64,000 bases of DNA, from the IMG/VR virus record IMGVR_UViG_3300009152_000029; one strand, written 5' to 3'. Positions 38,301 through 46,953 of the stretch are shown here, one piece after another (position 1 is the stretch's first letter; each line of letters begins with the position of its first letter). Source of the DNA: an uncultured virus (IMG/VR IMGVR_UViG_3300009152_000029) (lineage: Duplodnaviria > Heunggongvirae > Uroviricota > Caudoviricetes). A program made the position numbers and the translations under genes. The notes under the pieces are model-generated. The model saw only the letters and a list, made by a program, of their open reading frames with translations. It made no database searches and was not told the DNA's origin.

Positions 38301-40957
38301 ATAATCCAAAAAGTAAATTTAATTCATACCTTACTTCACTTTTCACTAGAACAGCAGGAAGGACTTACCAAGATCTTTGGACTTTAGGTTCAGAAATCAA
38401 GCACAGAAGTTCTGCTGGTTTTACAAATTCTGGCACAGCAATTACAAATATAATTTCTGACTTAGCTTTTGACGGTGATAGCAGCAATTTGTACGAGTGT
38501 TTAGAATACGCTTTAATTGGACAGCAACCAAGCGCTATATCAGGCATTTCAAATACAACAGAAATAACTGCCGTAAGAGATTATTTATATAGTAATAATC
38601 TTCTTAGGATTGTTGACTTAAAGACCAGATATAAAAACGAGAGTCAAAAACAACTTAATATTATTCCTGTGACTGGTAGCATAGGAACCACAATAACAAT
38701 TTCTTCAGATGGAACTAATACTTTTACTTGGAGTATTTCAGAATATCCATATGTTGAAATAGTAAAAAATTCCTCAATTCTTAGTTCGGGATTTACAACT
38801 AGCCCAAGCACAGGTCAAATAACTTTTAGTACTCCGATTGTTTCAACTGATGAAATAGAGATATATTTCAGAAAAGATTGGGACGGCACACATACATCTA
38901 TACCTTCTAACACAACAGTTTCTGAATATATGATGGAAAGATGGGGCAAATCATTTATTCCTTTAGTCAATATTGTAAGTGATTTCGATAGTGATGAAAC
39001 TATAAATCAAACTAAATTGATTGAAAGAATAAATTACTCTTGGAATAATCAAGGAACTAAAGTTTTATCTTTTGACATTGATGAAAATGCTAATACTGGT
39101 TTTATCAGAAAGGTAAATCAAGAAACTCAAGGTTTGGTTTTTGATGCAAGTTCAGATACTTATTGGACAAATCTAAGCAATGATTTAATTCACGGCGGAA
39201 GTAACAATTTATTCTCTGGCACTTGGTCAAAAAACTTAGAATTTTCAGACCCAAAATATATAAAATCGATTACTACTTCTTATGTAGCTTCTACAGGGCA
39301 AAGCGTAGATAGTTCTTGTTTAGTTGAGTATAGATATTCTAAAGATAGAAAAAACTTTAGCAGTTGGGCTTCTTTTGCGTCAACTACTCCTATAAATAAA
39401 GAAATTACAAATATTGATTTTAAGATTACATTGACAGAGGGTTGGAATAACGCAACTCAATCAAAGGTTACTCCATATGTGCAAACTCTTTACTACACAG
39501 AAGTTGCCCCAAGTGTAGATTATTTGTTTAGTGATGTTTTGACAACTGCTGAAGATATTTTTGAGTATATTCTTTCAACAAACTATTCAGACACTTCTCT
39601 CGCCAAATTAACCTGGGGTGTTTGCAAGGGAAATAGTACTAATTGGGAAGACTTTGAAGAAATCTTATCTGGTAAAAATGGTGTTTTTGCATCAAGACAA
39701 AAATCTTATAAATTTACACAACAAGTAATAAAAGAAAAATTAATTTGCTTGAAATCCCCAAACAATAGCAGAACTTTCTTTGTTTATGAAAATGGCACTA
39801 GATACACTTGGAATTTATCAGACTCTATTTCAGTCTTCATAAATGATACTCTTGTCGATACAACTCTTTACACCTCGAATAATGTAAACGGCACAATTAC
39901 TTTTACCTCTGATATTGTAGATGTCAATAATGTAAGAGCAACAATTGTCACTGGAAACGAAAGATATGAAGCTTTAGGTGAAGGAACGATATCTGCAGAT
40001 TATGTAAGTTATTACGCTGTAAATGGTAGATGGCCCGGAGATAGTAAAATCGTTGTTTTAGTGAACAATGAAATAGTTAGAGGCGGATATAAATTAGATA
40101 GAGTAAATGGCAGAATTATTTTTAACGTAAGAAGAAGTTCATCCGACATTGTTACTCTATTTATAGCTGGTAATACTTCGTATAGAATTGGATTAAAGTT
40201 AGAAAAATTTAATTCAAACGCAAGCGAAACAATTAATTTTGAATTTACTAATAATACTGTCCCAAATAAAGATGTCTACTCTCGATATGTAAATACTCCA
40301 ATTCCATCATTAACATCAGAGTCTTTGCAAATAGATTCTAGAGCCTTTAAAGTTTCAGCTGGTTCTACTTCAGAAGTTTCATTAAGTGAAAGGTTTTTCA
40401 CATCTTATGAATATATCTCTGATAATGAAGAATATAGGCCCAAGTCTAAATGGTATAGAGTTAGAACATCTGGTGGTGGAACTACTGTATCTGAGCTTGA
40501 TTCATCACCTAATTACAGAAATAAATTATTACAAAATAAATCAGATTTGAATTCTGCAAATAATTACTTTATAGAAAACGATCAAGTGTATGTAGTTGTT
40601 GAACCTTACGATAACTTTGATTATGGAATATCTTATACTTCAAGCCCTGTAATACTCAAGAGTCAAACAGCTCCTTATGTATCTGATGTAAAAATTAAGT
40701 CAGTTGTTGAAATTACAAATAATAATATTCAATCAAATAATGATTTACAAGCATATTATTATTTTAGCACAACAAATGATTTATCCAGAGTTGAATGGTT
40801 TGAGTGGACTAATGGTGTAAGTTTTAAAATTGCAGAAGGAAGTGTCTTAAATTCTTCACTGGTTCTTAAAAATAAAGCAATCTCTTTCACAGTTACGCCA
40901 TATGACGGACAGTTTTATGGAGTCCCACAAGATAGTCAAATAGTACACATTATTTAA
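32387..40957 (+). CDS. Giant putative tail fibre/baseplate protein (2856 aa) with LVKDQ modules, Asp-box propellers, vWA-like domain and Ig-like repeats
   Basis: VLVKNQSTASQNGVY and VLVKDQTDKRTNGIY. Asp-boxes YRSFDEGNSF and WYTLDDGDNW. DSSNS MIDAS-like motif. Repeated Y-x-I-N-x-x-x-G-x-I-x-F units and C-terminal VEPYD/VTPYDG Ig-like repeats. Confidence 0.75.
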   Translation: MSSRTSIYKFLYSQFGDIWYPGYDYENMLSVESQFQGVYSFFAPSIISGWQVEKLTDNRADQLLLLDGYVESTTSEYGYKLDLLDLAFSVTAKTATTSNITLTGAQTIDGISVVAGNIVLVKNQSTASQNGVYTVASGAWSRHSSLNSSSDYTSNYVVYVESGDDNEQTLWLGAVSATNFALGSTNLYFDNAFKQCVKVSSGRGILDKYAAITEKSYYFRYTVNNTFYVWAEPGISTLQDEFCEIVSPQNPDKNYDSYSSALYLAEIVVESDTTYANYNIVSEIKYSTKRKQFNETLGDFQTNLNLSYLKHKHLGDKNSASKINLRNYLVLNASNYDESNTYSNTNIFLLRRTSGEIFSDDIAGYGEAIVKLDGQTLAAQDYNIYKSGNSYKLFLTYSIKQTSALKVYLPIAKSLKLYVVDSSQQLLTSALVLQSYKKLSNGIITQQVNDDGSITDIYELFSWSNFDYRDSIVKINNVTIDPIHYRINPTSGTIYLNKSFPNYDDYTFEDLSITVSENVEEVTNSLPNERISNISANSVLSGKVSIKNLILNHYSDNLHKVNLTFTPNKFLVTGIGKSYFYPHNTNSKIQYYDDITVFLESQNIISNIPQFFAASSRGLFSFNINSNLASDFTSWKNDYGKIVSLQDNILPDENYFNNLYAVTSNNRVFYKDVTDKWTEIKYPKNSTFQSYSINKFIVSSDKLVDESYQTYYYSTTSDKIFYAVIPENEAVQNWDWIEISNYYDSSGTAITTLNGISDIKEINPKRITYVENKPDEITYDHFIYVANNDNTDKGIYVGDQSQISQIYSEKVNGIYVIQNNDYKNNMLWWNDYDLYLTHAARYIEDATGKYWILPFNDSSASYTSAAVATSSNINLSGLQTIDGYTLSALDRVLVKDQTDKRTNGIYLAASGGWSRATDLDVSSEFVSYKKINVTNGTVFGSSVWFLKPNDSFNLGTSNLEWDVYKLKVYSTNTPSGASARSIITCATERKSFRFFNEYFIGHSNGVARIKDFSVDNTTISASELYWEPLFQGSVNTLFSYDDGTNSGKLYAGTTNGIFISSDLLWEDDTSNYSFILSGYKWKRPNDTFGAIEPNFVVYNSDYQAINDLSLIYNYQLVSTGTSYVSGEQLYYENNFTTFNTDPWSVHSNTQTRNMVYINNKPSSIPFFTNSLEGTVTFLQSVSKDDLENITLSVVSENPAITNSGTKPHSSTFVPISRTSLPIAKLWKDNINSDTTLLLNQRISSYDLLLLKNETTSELVIVKSIDNTVFPIEVVLISARSSSGISFLKNTEVYGVADDVVSGLEDDIYVLKSKQKYYLDSSNNQNIQELARSLKAGISTVFDFVAPVVSQTDTRGLKNTLLVSNFLSSSTLDPDNSSYKKRTELVPSITDPESDPVMIRAILSPEKTGENTKIATDLGVWKCVNNKWALDSILDNASDTAYIVQNPELDILVGATNGLWKYNTTWTKVDDKKQNCYLKGFWNGLLFEAFGKSDGLSIKIYENGTFTSDFLKLTSSNINGFFKGQYIKIGSGTTQIYESLHASGDDGYYVLGYQANNSSFGQFINPRKMFASGNPDGVTRFYNSFQAYSVPTSSANSLYANPLFILTNDGLIKVKNWKYSYPDNLGSSDYVVDQRYLRNIECLCYAIDTDTAIGSTPGKSKIFIGTNKGVYRSFDEGNSFHKTEFMGTNPSSVFDLKIFLSSFNSLTQNVLLAATNNGLWYTLDDGDNWYRTGENTSEGYSPVLFESKPASQIKFVANDSNTVGYLAQTFTTASTANTITKVSAYVTVRDQDSLSNASYNDSVTNSSLIAYVYSVDSNSKPQTQLASSTSITSLSVRRDGFTTFDLTSDLDIPGSGVTTLAIVIKETSSSVPLFNWRKSTQVNPVSGAAFTSVNGSTWYEQLNQDFFYKVHYDINSSPTDTIVSVGNYDNSEVNWETGVFKGVLANDSGHLVLDSKFLVSNVFDSSNSVNRAYNPKSKFNSYLTSLFTRTAGRTYQDLWTLGSEIKHRSSAGFTNSGTAITNIISDLAFDGDSSNLYECLEYALIGQQPSAISGISNTTEITAVRDYLYSNNLLRIVDLKTRYKNESQKQLNIIPVTGSIGTTITISSDGTNTFTWSISEYPYVEIVKNSSILSSGFTTSPSTGQITFSTPIVSTDEIEIYFRKDWDGTHTSIPSNTTVSEYMMERWGKSFIPLVNIVSDFDSDETINQTKLIERINYSWNNQGTKVLSFDIDENANTGFIRKVNQETQGLVFDASSDTYWTNLSNDLIHGGSNNLFSGTWSKNLEFSDPKYIKSITTSYVASTGQSVDSSCLVEYRYSKDRKNFSSWASFASTTPINKEITNIDFKITLTEGWNNATQSKVTPYVQTLYYTEVAPSVDYLFSDVLTTAEDIFEYILSTNYSDTSLAKLTWGVCKGNSTNWEDFEEILSGKNGVFASRQKSYKFTQQVIKEKLICLKSPNNSRTFFVYENGTRYTWNLSDSISVFINDTLVDTTLYTSNNVNGTITFTSDIVDVNNVRATIVTGNERYEALGEGTISADYVSYYAVNGRWPGDSKIVVLVNNEIVRGGYKLDRVNGRIIFNVRRSSSDIVTLFIAGNTSYRIGLKLEKFNSNASETINFEFTNNTVPNKDVYSRYVNTPIPSLTSESLQIDSRAFKVSAGSTSEVSLSERFFTSYEYISDNEEYRPKSKWYRVRTSGGGTTVSELDSSPNYRNKLLQNKSDLNSANNYFIENDQVYVVVEPYDNFDYGISYTSSPVILKSQTAPYVSDVKIKSVVEITNNNIQSNNDLQAYYYFSTTNDLSRVEWFEWTNGVSFKIAEGSVLNSSLVLKNKAISFTVTPYDGQFYGVPQDSQIVHII

Positions 40958-41006
40958 AGAGGAGATCCAGAAAATATAATTATAATATTATATTTGAGGT
41001 AAAAAA

Positions 41007-42008
41007 ATGTCCGAAAATAATAATGAAATCTCTGTCGAAGTTGTGGAAGAATTGTCTGAAAATATTCAATTCATTCCAATTGAAGATTTAGAAGTTACAC
41101 CTGTACCTTTCAGTGCTCTTTCTCAAACTCAAAACTGGGGTTTGGGACTATCTTCAATACAAAATGTTTGGCAATTAACTAAAGGAGAAGATGTTGTTGT
41201 AGCAATTTTAGATACTGGAATTGCAGAACACGTTGACTTATCAGAATGCTGGACAAAAGAATCTGTCTTTAATTGTTCGGATAGTGATTCCTGGGAAGAT
41301 AAGTCTTCTGGACACGGGACACACGTTGCCGGAATTATAGCTGGAAGTGATAATGACTTTGGTGTTGTAGGAGTTGCTCCAAATTGCAAAGTTATTCCAA
41401 TAAAAGTTTTAAATGATGATGGCTCTGGTAGTTTTGAAACTATTGCCGCTGGATTAAAAAAAGCTATTGAATTAAATGTTGACATAATCAATATGTCTTT
41501 AGGTTCATCTTCTGAGCCACCAAAGTTTATTCATGATTTGATTTTAGAAGCAGTGTCAAAAGGTATTGTTGTTATTGCAGCTGCTGGCAATGATTCCAAA
41601 AGTGTTAATTACCCGGCTAGATATGATGAAGTAATTGCTGTTGCTGCATTAGATTCAGGCGGAAGACTTGCAACATTTACATCAAAAGATGAAACTGTAG
41701 ATATTGTTGCTCCAGGAGTAGATATATATTCAACTTTCTTAAGAAATGAATATTGTAAAATGTCAGGTACAAGTCAAGCATCACCATTTGTTGCTGGAAT
41801 TTGTGCATTGATAAAGTCTGCATTGAAAAAATTAAATTTATTGCAGGAGTTTGGAAACCAATTTTGCCAAGCAGATATGATGGTTGCATTACATAATATC
41901 TGTTCTATGGAAAATACTGTTGTTGATTCGGGAGAAGAAAAAAATTGGGGTCCTGGTGTTCCTAAATTAGCAAATGTTGACTGGAACACTATTTTAATTA
42001 AAAAGTAA
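41007..42008 (+). CDS. Subtilisin-like serine protease (peptidase S8)
   Basis: Complete catalytic set: ILDTG (Asp), HGTHVAG (His), AAAGN (oxyanion Asn), SGTSQASP (Ser). No signal peptide. Short acidic N-terminal extension. GAGG upstream. Confidence 0.95.
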   Translation: MSENNNEISVEVVEELSENIQFIPIEDLEVTPVPFSALSQTQNWGLGLSSIQNVWQLTKGEDVVVAILDTGIAEHVDLSECWTKESVFNCSDSDSWEDKSSGHGTHVAGIIAGSDNDFGVVGVAPNCKVIPIKVLNDDGSGSFETIAAGLKKAIELNVDIINMSLGSSSEPPKFIHDLILEAVSKGIVVIAAAGNDSKSVNYPARYDEVIAVAALDSGGRLATFTSKDETVDIVAPGVDIYSTFLRNEYCKMSGTSQASPFVAGICALIKSALKKLNLLQEFGNQFCQADMMVALHNICSMENTVVDSGEEKNWGPGVPKLANVDWNTILIKK

Positions 42009-42072
42009 TTCTAAAAGAGCAAGCAAAAAAACAAAAATGACTCTAACTCATAACATACCAGTGAGGTGGAGT

Positions 42073-42537
42073 ATGGATAAGAAATTTATAGTTTCTTGCT
42101 TTGTTAGTTTATTGATATGTCTATCTTTTTATTTACAACCTTATAAGTTGATAGTAATTGTTGGACAATCTATGATGCCAACATTACGTAATGGACAAAT
42201 TGTTTTAGCCAAGAGAGAAAACAAATACAATAGAGGAGATATTGTAGTAATAAATGATACTAGTGAAGATGCTATTATAGTAAAAAGAATTATTTTTACT
42301 CCTGGGGATTATTATTACTACATATTAGATTCCCAAAAGTTTCAAATGGTTTTTTTACTTGATAACTCTTTCAGATCTATTCTTGAAGCTAAAGCAAACT
42401 ACGGAGATGCAGTTCAAGAGTATAAGTTAGGTGAAGATTCTTATTTTGTTGTTGGAGATAACTTGAATAACTCTGACGACAGTAGAAGATTCGGTCCTAT
42501 AAAAAAAGATGAAATTATCTACAAAGTTATAAAATGA
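42073..42537 (+). CDS. lepB: Signal peptidase I (peptidase S26)
   Basis: N-terminal TM helix, GQSMMPTL (Ser), IVKRI (Lys), GDNLNNSDDSRRFG. ATG 42073 follows SD-like GAGGTGGAG; alternative start 42037. Confidence 0.92.
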   Translation: MDKKFIVSCFVSLLICLSFYLQPYKLIVIVGQSMMPTLRNGQIVLAKRENKYNRGDIVVINDTSEDAIIVKRIIFTPGDYYYYILDSQKFQMVFLLDNSFRSILEAKANYGDAVQEYKLGEDSYFVVGDNLNNSDDSRRFGPIKKDEIIYKVIK

Positions 42538-43205
42538 ATTTTAAGATAGACTGTAATTTATTGGAGTCATTAGTAAAGACTTCGCAAACAACAGATTTAG
42601 TCAATGATCCTGTGAAAAAAACAATACAAACAGGATTAGGCTCTTCCTGTACTATTTATGTAAGATCTGGTAAAAAAAACTGGTCAGGTAGTGGCTTTTA
42701 TATTGGAAATAATATTGTTGTCACTGCTGGCCACGTAGTTCCTAATGATCAAACACTTACTGAAATTATGTGTACATTTGATGGCAAAAAATACATTGCT
42801 GCATCATTTTTAGTTTCCGATCCCTCTATTGACTCGGGAGCAGTAAGATTAGAGTTTGATCCTAATGTTGCTCCCTTGAGATTTGGCAATAGTGATGCTT
42901 TAGAAGTTGGAGATATTATAGCAGTTATAAGTGCTCCTGAGGGATTTCACGACACTGCAACTGTTGGTAGAGTGTCAAATATTCATCAAAGCATCGCAGA
43001 TTCAAATATGCCAGCTTGGAATGACATAATTTTTATTGATGCTGACATATTAGAAGGTTCATCTGGTGGAATGGTAATTGGTGTTGATAATTTGATATAC
43101 GGAACTATTATGGGAGTAACTGGACAACACGCAGATATTGGTGTTGGTGAAAGTTCTGTCTGCCCGTCTAATAAAATACAGAATATGCTATCTAAATTAG
43201 TATAA
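42534..43205 (+). CDS. Trypsin-like (S1, HtrA-type protease domain) serine protease without PDZ domain or signal peptide
   Basis: GSGF, TAGHV (His), IDSGAV (Asp), [11 protein letters not shown] (Ser), [13 protein letters not shown]. Confidence 0.92.
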   Translation: MNFKIDCNLLESLVKTSQTTDLVNDPVKKTIQTGLGSSCTIYVRSGKKNWSGSGFYIGNNIVVTAGHVVPNDQTLTEIMCTFDGKKYIAASFLVSDPSIDSGAVRLEFDPNVAPLRFGNSDALEVGDIIAVISAPEGFHDTATVGRVSNIHQSIADSNMPAWNDIIFIDADILEGSSGGMVIGVDNLIYGTIMGVTGQHADIGVGESSVCPSNKIQNMLSKLV

Positions 43206-43212
43206 TGAGTTT

Positions 43213-44193
43213 ATGCCTAGTCCCTATGAAGTTTTAGGAATACCAGAGAATTCTAGCGTAGATGATGCTAAAAAAGCTTACAGAAAGTTAGCCAAAGAAT
43301 ATCATCCAGACGTAAATAAACAATCTGATGCTGAGGAAAAGTTTAAGGAAATTTCTCAGGCCTATGAGGATGTCTTAAACCCCAAGCCTCAGAATCACAT
43401 GCCTTTTCCTGATAATCCATTTAGGAAAACTCACTTAAATGCTTTTCGCCGCAATCTCAATGTCCCTGTTTTGTTAAAGATAGAACTTTCGATTAAAGAA
43501 TGTTTCAGTGATGCGATAAAACCGATATTTTATGAGAGAATGATGCCTTGTCGTGATTGTAGTGGTGATGGTGGTTTTGGCAAAATCAATTTGTGCACTG
43601 ATTGTATGGGAAGTGGAGAACATTATGTTGTTCAAAACGTTGGTTTCTTCCATATAAGAAATTATGCTGGCCCCTGTCAAACTTGTCAAGGTCGAGGAGA
43701 AAGACCAGAATCACTTTGCAACAAGTGTTCGGGTAAAGGCTACGTGATTGCAAAAGAAATGTTTGATCTTACAATCAAGAAAGGTCAATGCTTCAAGAGT
43801 GTTATGTTACCTAATCGTGGCAACTTCGGTGATAAACATCAAGCTCCAGGCCCTTTGATGATAGAAATTAATGTGAAAAAGCAAGATTCGTTTGATTTTG
43901 ATAGTAACCTAAATATGTTACACGAGTTTGAAATAGATCCTATCCTATGCATAGTAGAACCAAATTTCAAATACAAACATATTAATGGAAATATTTTAAA
44001 TTTCAAATTTTCTAAATCTATTAGAAATGATTATGTTCACATCATCAAGAATAAAGGAATACCAGTAGACGAAAATAATTATTCTGATTTGCATATAAAA
44101 TTCAAGTATAATATACCTAACGACTTAAATGAAGTTGAAACTGACGCTTTGAAGTCTTATATTGAATCAAGAAAAGGAAGAAAAATGTTATGA
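43213..44193 (+). CDS. dnaJ: DnaJ co-chaperone (J domain, 4 CxxCxGxG Zn motifs, C-terminal domain; no G/F region)
   Basis: [11 protein letters not shown]. Zn motifs [32 protein letters not shown]. Confidence 0.95.
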   Translation: MPSPYEVLGIPENSSVDDAKKAYRKLAKEYHPDVNKQSDAEEKFKEISQAYEDVLNPKPQNHMPFPDNPFRKTHLNAFRRNLNVPVLLKIELSIKECFSDAIKPIFYERMMPCRDCSGDGGFGKINLCTDCMGSGEHYVVQNVGFFHIRNYAGPCQTCQGRGERPESLCNKCSGKGYVIAKEMFDLTIKKGQCFKSVMLPNRGNFGDKHQAPGPLMIEINVKKQDSFDFDSNLNMLHEFEIDPILCIVEPNFKYKHINGNILNFKFSKSIRNDYVHIIKNKGIPVDENNYSDLHIKFKYNIPNDLNEVETDALKSYIESRKGRKML

Positions 44194-44411
44194 GTATGAT
44201 TAAGAGAGCAACAGGCAAAATCGAAAACTTTACTAATGCAGAAGGCGAAGAAGTAGAAGTTGATAATTCGGTAGTCTGGGCGGATGAAAAAGAAAATAAA
44301 GATGAAGTAGTAGCTATCAAGGACGAATTGGTAATTCCTTTGACTACAGATATGGATTTAGATCCAAATTCATCAAATGAAGATGATTCGGTAATAGCAA
44401 AGGATTGCTAA
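44190..44411 (+). CDS. Small acidic hypothetical protein (73 aa)
   Basis: ATGA overlap with dnaJ and a 1-nt gap to the next gene. Confidence 0.7.
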   Translation: MSMIKRATGKIENFTNAEGEEVEVDNSVVWADEKENKDEVVAIKDELVIPLTTDMDLDPNSSNEDDSVIAKDC

Positions 44412-44412
44412 T

Positions 44413-44838
44413 ATGGACAAAATTTTAAGTGCAGTTCAAAATGATATTATTTTATTAATAATTTGTTTTGTTTTTGGTTCTGCAGTATTATTTTTTTATG
44501 CCAGAACTAAAGCACCTATATCAGACACTATATCATCACTCGAGCTGGTTAAGGTTTTTCTTTCAAATGCACTTGGACAGAAAGGCGAAGCAATCCTTGA
44601 CATTTGGATCGAAGGCTTGAAAAAGATTGAAGATGGTGAATTTTCAAGTGAAGACGCAGTTGATCAATTTGTAAGATTTATTAAGCTTGGTGCTGTTCAA
44701 AAAGGCGTTGAGCTAAGTGAAGAAGATACTGAAAAGATTGAATTGCTGGTTCTTACAACTCTTGAAAAATTTGTCTCCAAGAAACCAAAACAAATTAATA
44801 TTGCAGTAAATAAATTCAATGCAATGAATAACAAGTAA
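44413..44838 (+). CDS. Single-TM membrane protein, possibly LL-H-type holin-like
   Basis: N-terminal hydrophobic helix IILLIICFVFGSAVLFFY. Soluble helical tail with KGVELSEEDTEKIELLV, reminiscent of LL-H holins. Confidence 0.45.
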   Translation: MDKILSAVQNDIILLIICFVFGSAVLFFYARTKAPISDTISSLELVKVFLSNALGQKGEAILDIWIEGLKKIEDGEFSSEDAVDQFVRFIKLGAVQKGVELSEEDTEKIELLVLTTLEKFVSKKPKQINIAVNKFNAMNNK

Positions 44839-44858
44839 ATAAATTTAATTTAAGTACT

Positions 44859-44898
44859 CAACCATTTTGTTGGCAGCAACAAAATGGTTGTTTTCTTT
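44859..44898 (+). terminator. Intrinsic terminator
   Basis: Perfect 14-bp stem CAACCATTTTGTTG-GCAG-CAACAAAATGGTTG followed by TTTTCTTT. Confidence 0.8.
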
Positions 44899-44899
44899 G

Positions 44900-44908
44900 T
44901 GGTATACT
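44900..44908 (+). promoter_or_regulatory. Extended -10 promoter element of the helicase gene
   Basis: TGG-TATACT 7 nt upstream of ATG 44916, directly after the terminator. Confidence 0.55.
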
Positions 44909-44915
44909 AATAATT

Positions 44916-46682
44916 ATGGTTGAGATTGAAGTTTACAATGACCGTAGTGTGCTAATTAACACTGACGATAGTTTTGGTAAATTATCATACCCAATTCAAG
45001 AAGCTTTGAGGAATGAGTTGTCCTACAAAGTTCCTGATTCAGAATGGTCTGCAAAGTTTAAGACTGGACAATGGGATGGGAAAATTTCTCTTTATGTAAA
45101 GCGGAATCAATCTTTTCCTACTGGCCTTACTATGCGTGTAGCTAAACTTTTTGATGAATTGAAAATAAATTATAAATTTATTGACAAAAGAGTCAAGCCT
45201 ACAAGAGATTACGAGCTGACTTGTGATTTTATGGGTAAAGAACTTAGAGATTATCAAGTTTTTTCAGGCGATTTAGCCTTGAAAAATCAACGAGGAATGC
45301 TTGCTTTAGCTACTGGTGCTGGTAAAACTATGACTTCATGTTATATCTTTCAAAAATTGAAAGTCAAGCCAGTTGTATTTATAGTCCCAGCAATTGAATT
45401 ATTAAAACAGACGCAAAAAGAATTTGAAAAGTATTTAAGGTTCAATGGCAATCAAGTCAAAGTTGGAATTGCCGGTGGCGGATTATGCGACTTAAATATG
45501 GAAGGCATCAACGTCATTACATATCAGACAGCTTTGATAGCTTTTGATAGAAAATATGTTGAAACAAACAGCAAAATTGTTGACGATAATGGGGAAGGAA
45601 GTAAACCAACTGCTTTTCTTCAAAAAGAATTAGAAGTAGCTCTATCAAACTACAAAAAAGCAACTCATGTGGCTTCAGGAAAACTTTCAGACTTGTATGA
45701 GAAAGTTGAAAAAGCTGAAGAAAGTTCTGCAAAAAACTTAATTCAATTACGAAAACAGTATGATCGTGAATTGTCAATCTTAGTAAAAAAAGAATTGTCA
45801 GATTATAAGAAAGCTCAATCAGCTTGGGACAATAGGCAGAATATATTATTTCAAAAATCTCAAGTCAGAGATGTAATCAAGAACTGTAATGCTTTGATTA
45901 TAGACGAAGCACATTTAGCAGCTGTTGTTACTGAAGAAATTGGTAATCAAGCAAAGAATGCATATTACAGATTGGGTTTATCTGCAACTCCCTTTCGTAC
46001 CGATAATCAAGAAATCAGGATAGAAGGTACTTTGGGCGGTAAAGTATGCGAAGTAAGTGCCAGTGATCTCGTGGAGAGAGGGTACTTAGTTCCACCCAAA
46101 ATCTTTGTAGTAAATATAGATACTGTAGAACCTGGCCAAACTTATCATGAAGTTTACAATTTAAATATTGTTAATTGCTGGGAAAGAAATTTTAGAATAA
46201 AACAATTTGCCGAAGCTATGAAAAAAAAGGGTACTCCTACTCTTATTCTTGTTGAAAGGATGGAACACGGCAATATTCTTGAAGGAATGATAGAGGACGC
46301 AGTATTTGTACCTGGTGGCGATAAAGGCGAAATAGACCCAAGCGATGAGGAAAAGAATTATCGTCGAAGAATGCTTAATGCAGTTGAGAATAATGAAATA
46401 GTCTTGATTGCAACACAGTGGGCAAATGTTGGTGTTGATGCTCCTAAAATCTCTTGTCTAATTCTTGCTGGGACTAGTTCATCACCAGTCACAACTTATC
46501 AGCAAGTTGGAAGAGTCTTAAGATGTGTAGGCAAAGATGTTGAAGATTCTATAAAGAATGGAAAACCTGAAGCTATTATTATTGATTTTGCCTCAAGTCA
46601 TAAGAATTTGAGATCTCACGTAAATATGAGAAAGAAAGTTTATAAGAATGAACGAGCTTGGAAAATGTTTGAATTAAAATAA
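44916..46682 (+). CDS. SF2 DEAH helicase (UvsW/XPB-like) with a helical insertion
   Basis: LRDYQ (Q motif), ATGAGKT, DEAH, GLSATP, GVDAP, QQVGRVLR. N-terminal W-D-G-K-I-S-L segment resembles UvsW-like phage helicases. Confidence 0.9.
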   Translation: MVEIEVYNDRSVLINTDDSFGKLSYPIQEALRNELSYKVPDSEWSAKFKTGQWDGKISLYVKRNQSFPTGLTMRVAKLFDELKINYKFIDKRVKPTRDYELTCDFMGKELRDYQVFSGDLALKNQRGMLALATGAGKTMTSCYIFQKLKVKPVVFIVPAIELLKQTQKEFEKYLRFNGNQVKVGIAGGGLCDLNMEGINVITYQTALIAFDRKYVETNSKIVDDNGEGSKPTAFLQKELEVALSNYKKATHVASGKLSDLYEKVEKAEESSAKNLIQLRKQYDRELSILVKKELSDYKKAQSAWDNRQNILFQKSQVRDVIKNCNALIIDEAHLAAVVTEEIGNQAKNAYYRLGLSATPFRTDNQEIRIEGTLGGKVCEVSASDLVERGYLVPPKIFVVNIDTVEPGQTYHEVYNLNIVNCWERNFRIKQFAEAMKKKGTPTLILVERMEHGNILEGMIEDAVFVPGGDKGEIDPSDEEKNYRRRMLNAVENNEIVLIATQWANVGVDAPKISCLILAGTSSSPVTTYQQVGRVLRCVGKDVEDSIKNGKPEAIIIDFASSHKNLRSHVNMRKKVYKNERAWKMFELK

Positions 46683-46702
46683 TCTACGACGCTGTAGATT
46701 AT
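46679..46702. terminator. Hairpin between the converging helicase and small-peptide genes (probable terminator)
   Basis: 9-bp stem ATAATCTAC-GACGCT-GTAGATTAT, followed by a T-rich run on the minus strand. Confidence 0.55.
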
Positions 46703-46710
46703 AAGTTACC

Positions 46711-46782
46711 TTACAATTCTACGTTGAATAATGCTGAAATTACTTGATTCATCATTTCTTCAAGTTGTTCAAAAATCTTCAT
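46711..46782 (-). CDS. Small amphipathic peptide MKIFEQLEEMMNQVISALFNVEL (23 aa; 25 aa if started at 46788), not in the ORF track
   Basis: Perfect SD AAGGAGG (46792-46798) 9 nt upstream. Has its own candidate promoter and downstream hairpin. Confidence 0.7.
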   Translation of the reverse strand: MKIFEQLEEMMNQVISALFNVEL

Positions 46783-46809
46783 AATCATTTTCCTCCTTAC
46801 ATAAAAATA

Positions 46810-46875
46810 TCCACTGGCCTCAATTTATCCGCCAGTGGACTATAATAGTATACAATATCAAGTTTATTTTGTCCT
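46810..46875 (-). promoter_or_regulatory. Sigma70-like promoter and leader hairpin of the small-peptide gene; abutting + strand TATAAT suggests a bidirectional promoter
   Basis: Minus strand AGGACA-N17-TATACT (46875-46847). Stem TCCACTGGC/GCCAGTGGA at 46810-46839. Plus-strand TATAAT at 46841-46846. Confidence 0.5.
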
Positions 46876-46953
46876 ATTAATGGTTCTTAATAAAAGTCAA
46901 GCTTTGTTCTAACAGGAATATTAAATTGCTCATTTGTGCATTGGAGGTGTGCT

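Noticed and set aside
46676..46700. TCTAC...GTAGAT hairpin resembles the Cas12a repeat stem (possible solitary repeat or RNA anti-CRISPR)
   Set aside because: Single copy, lacks the AATTTCTAC 5' motif, has a different loop, and its position between converging genes is explained by a terminator.
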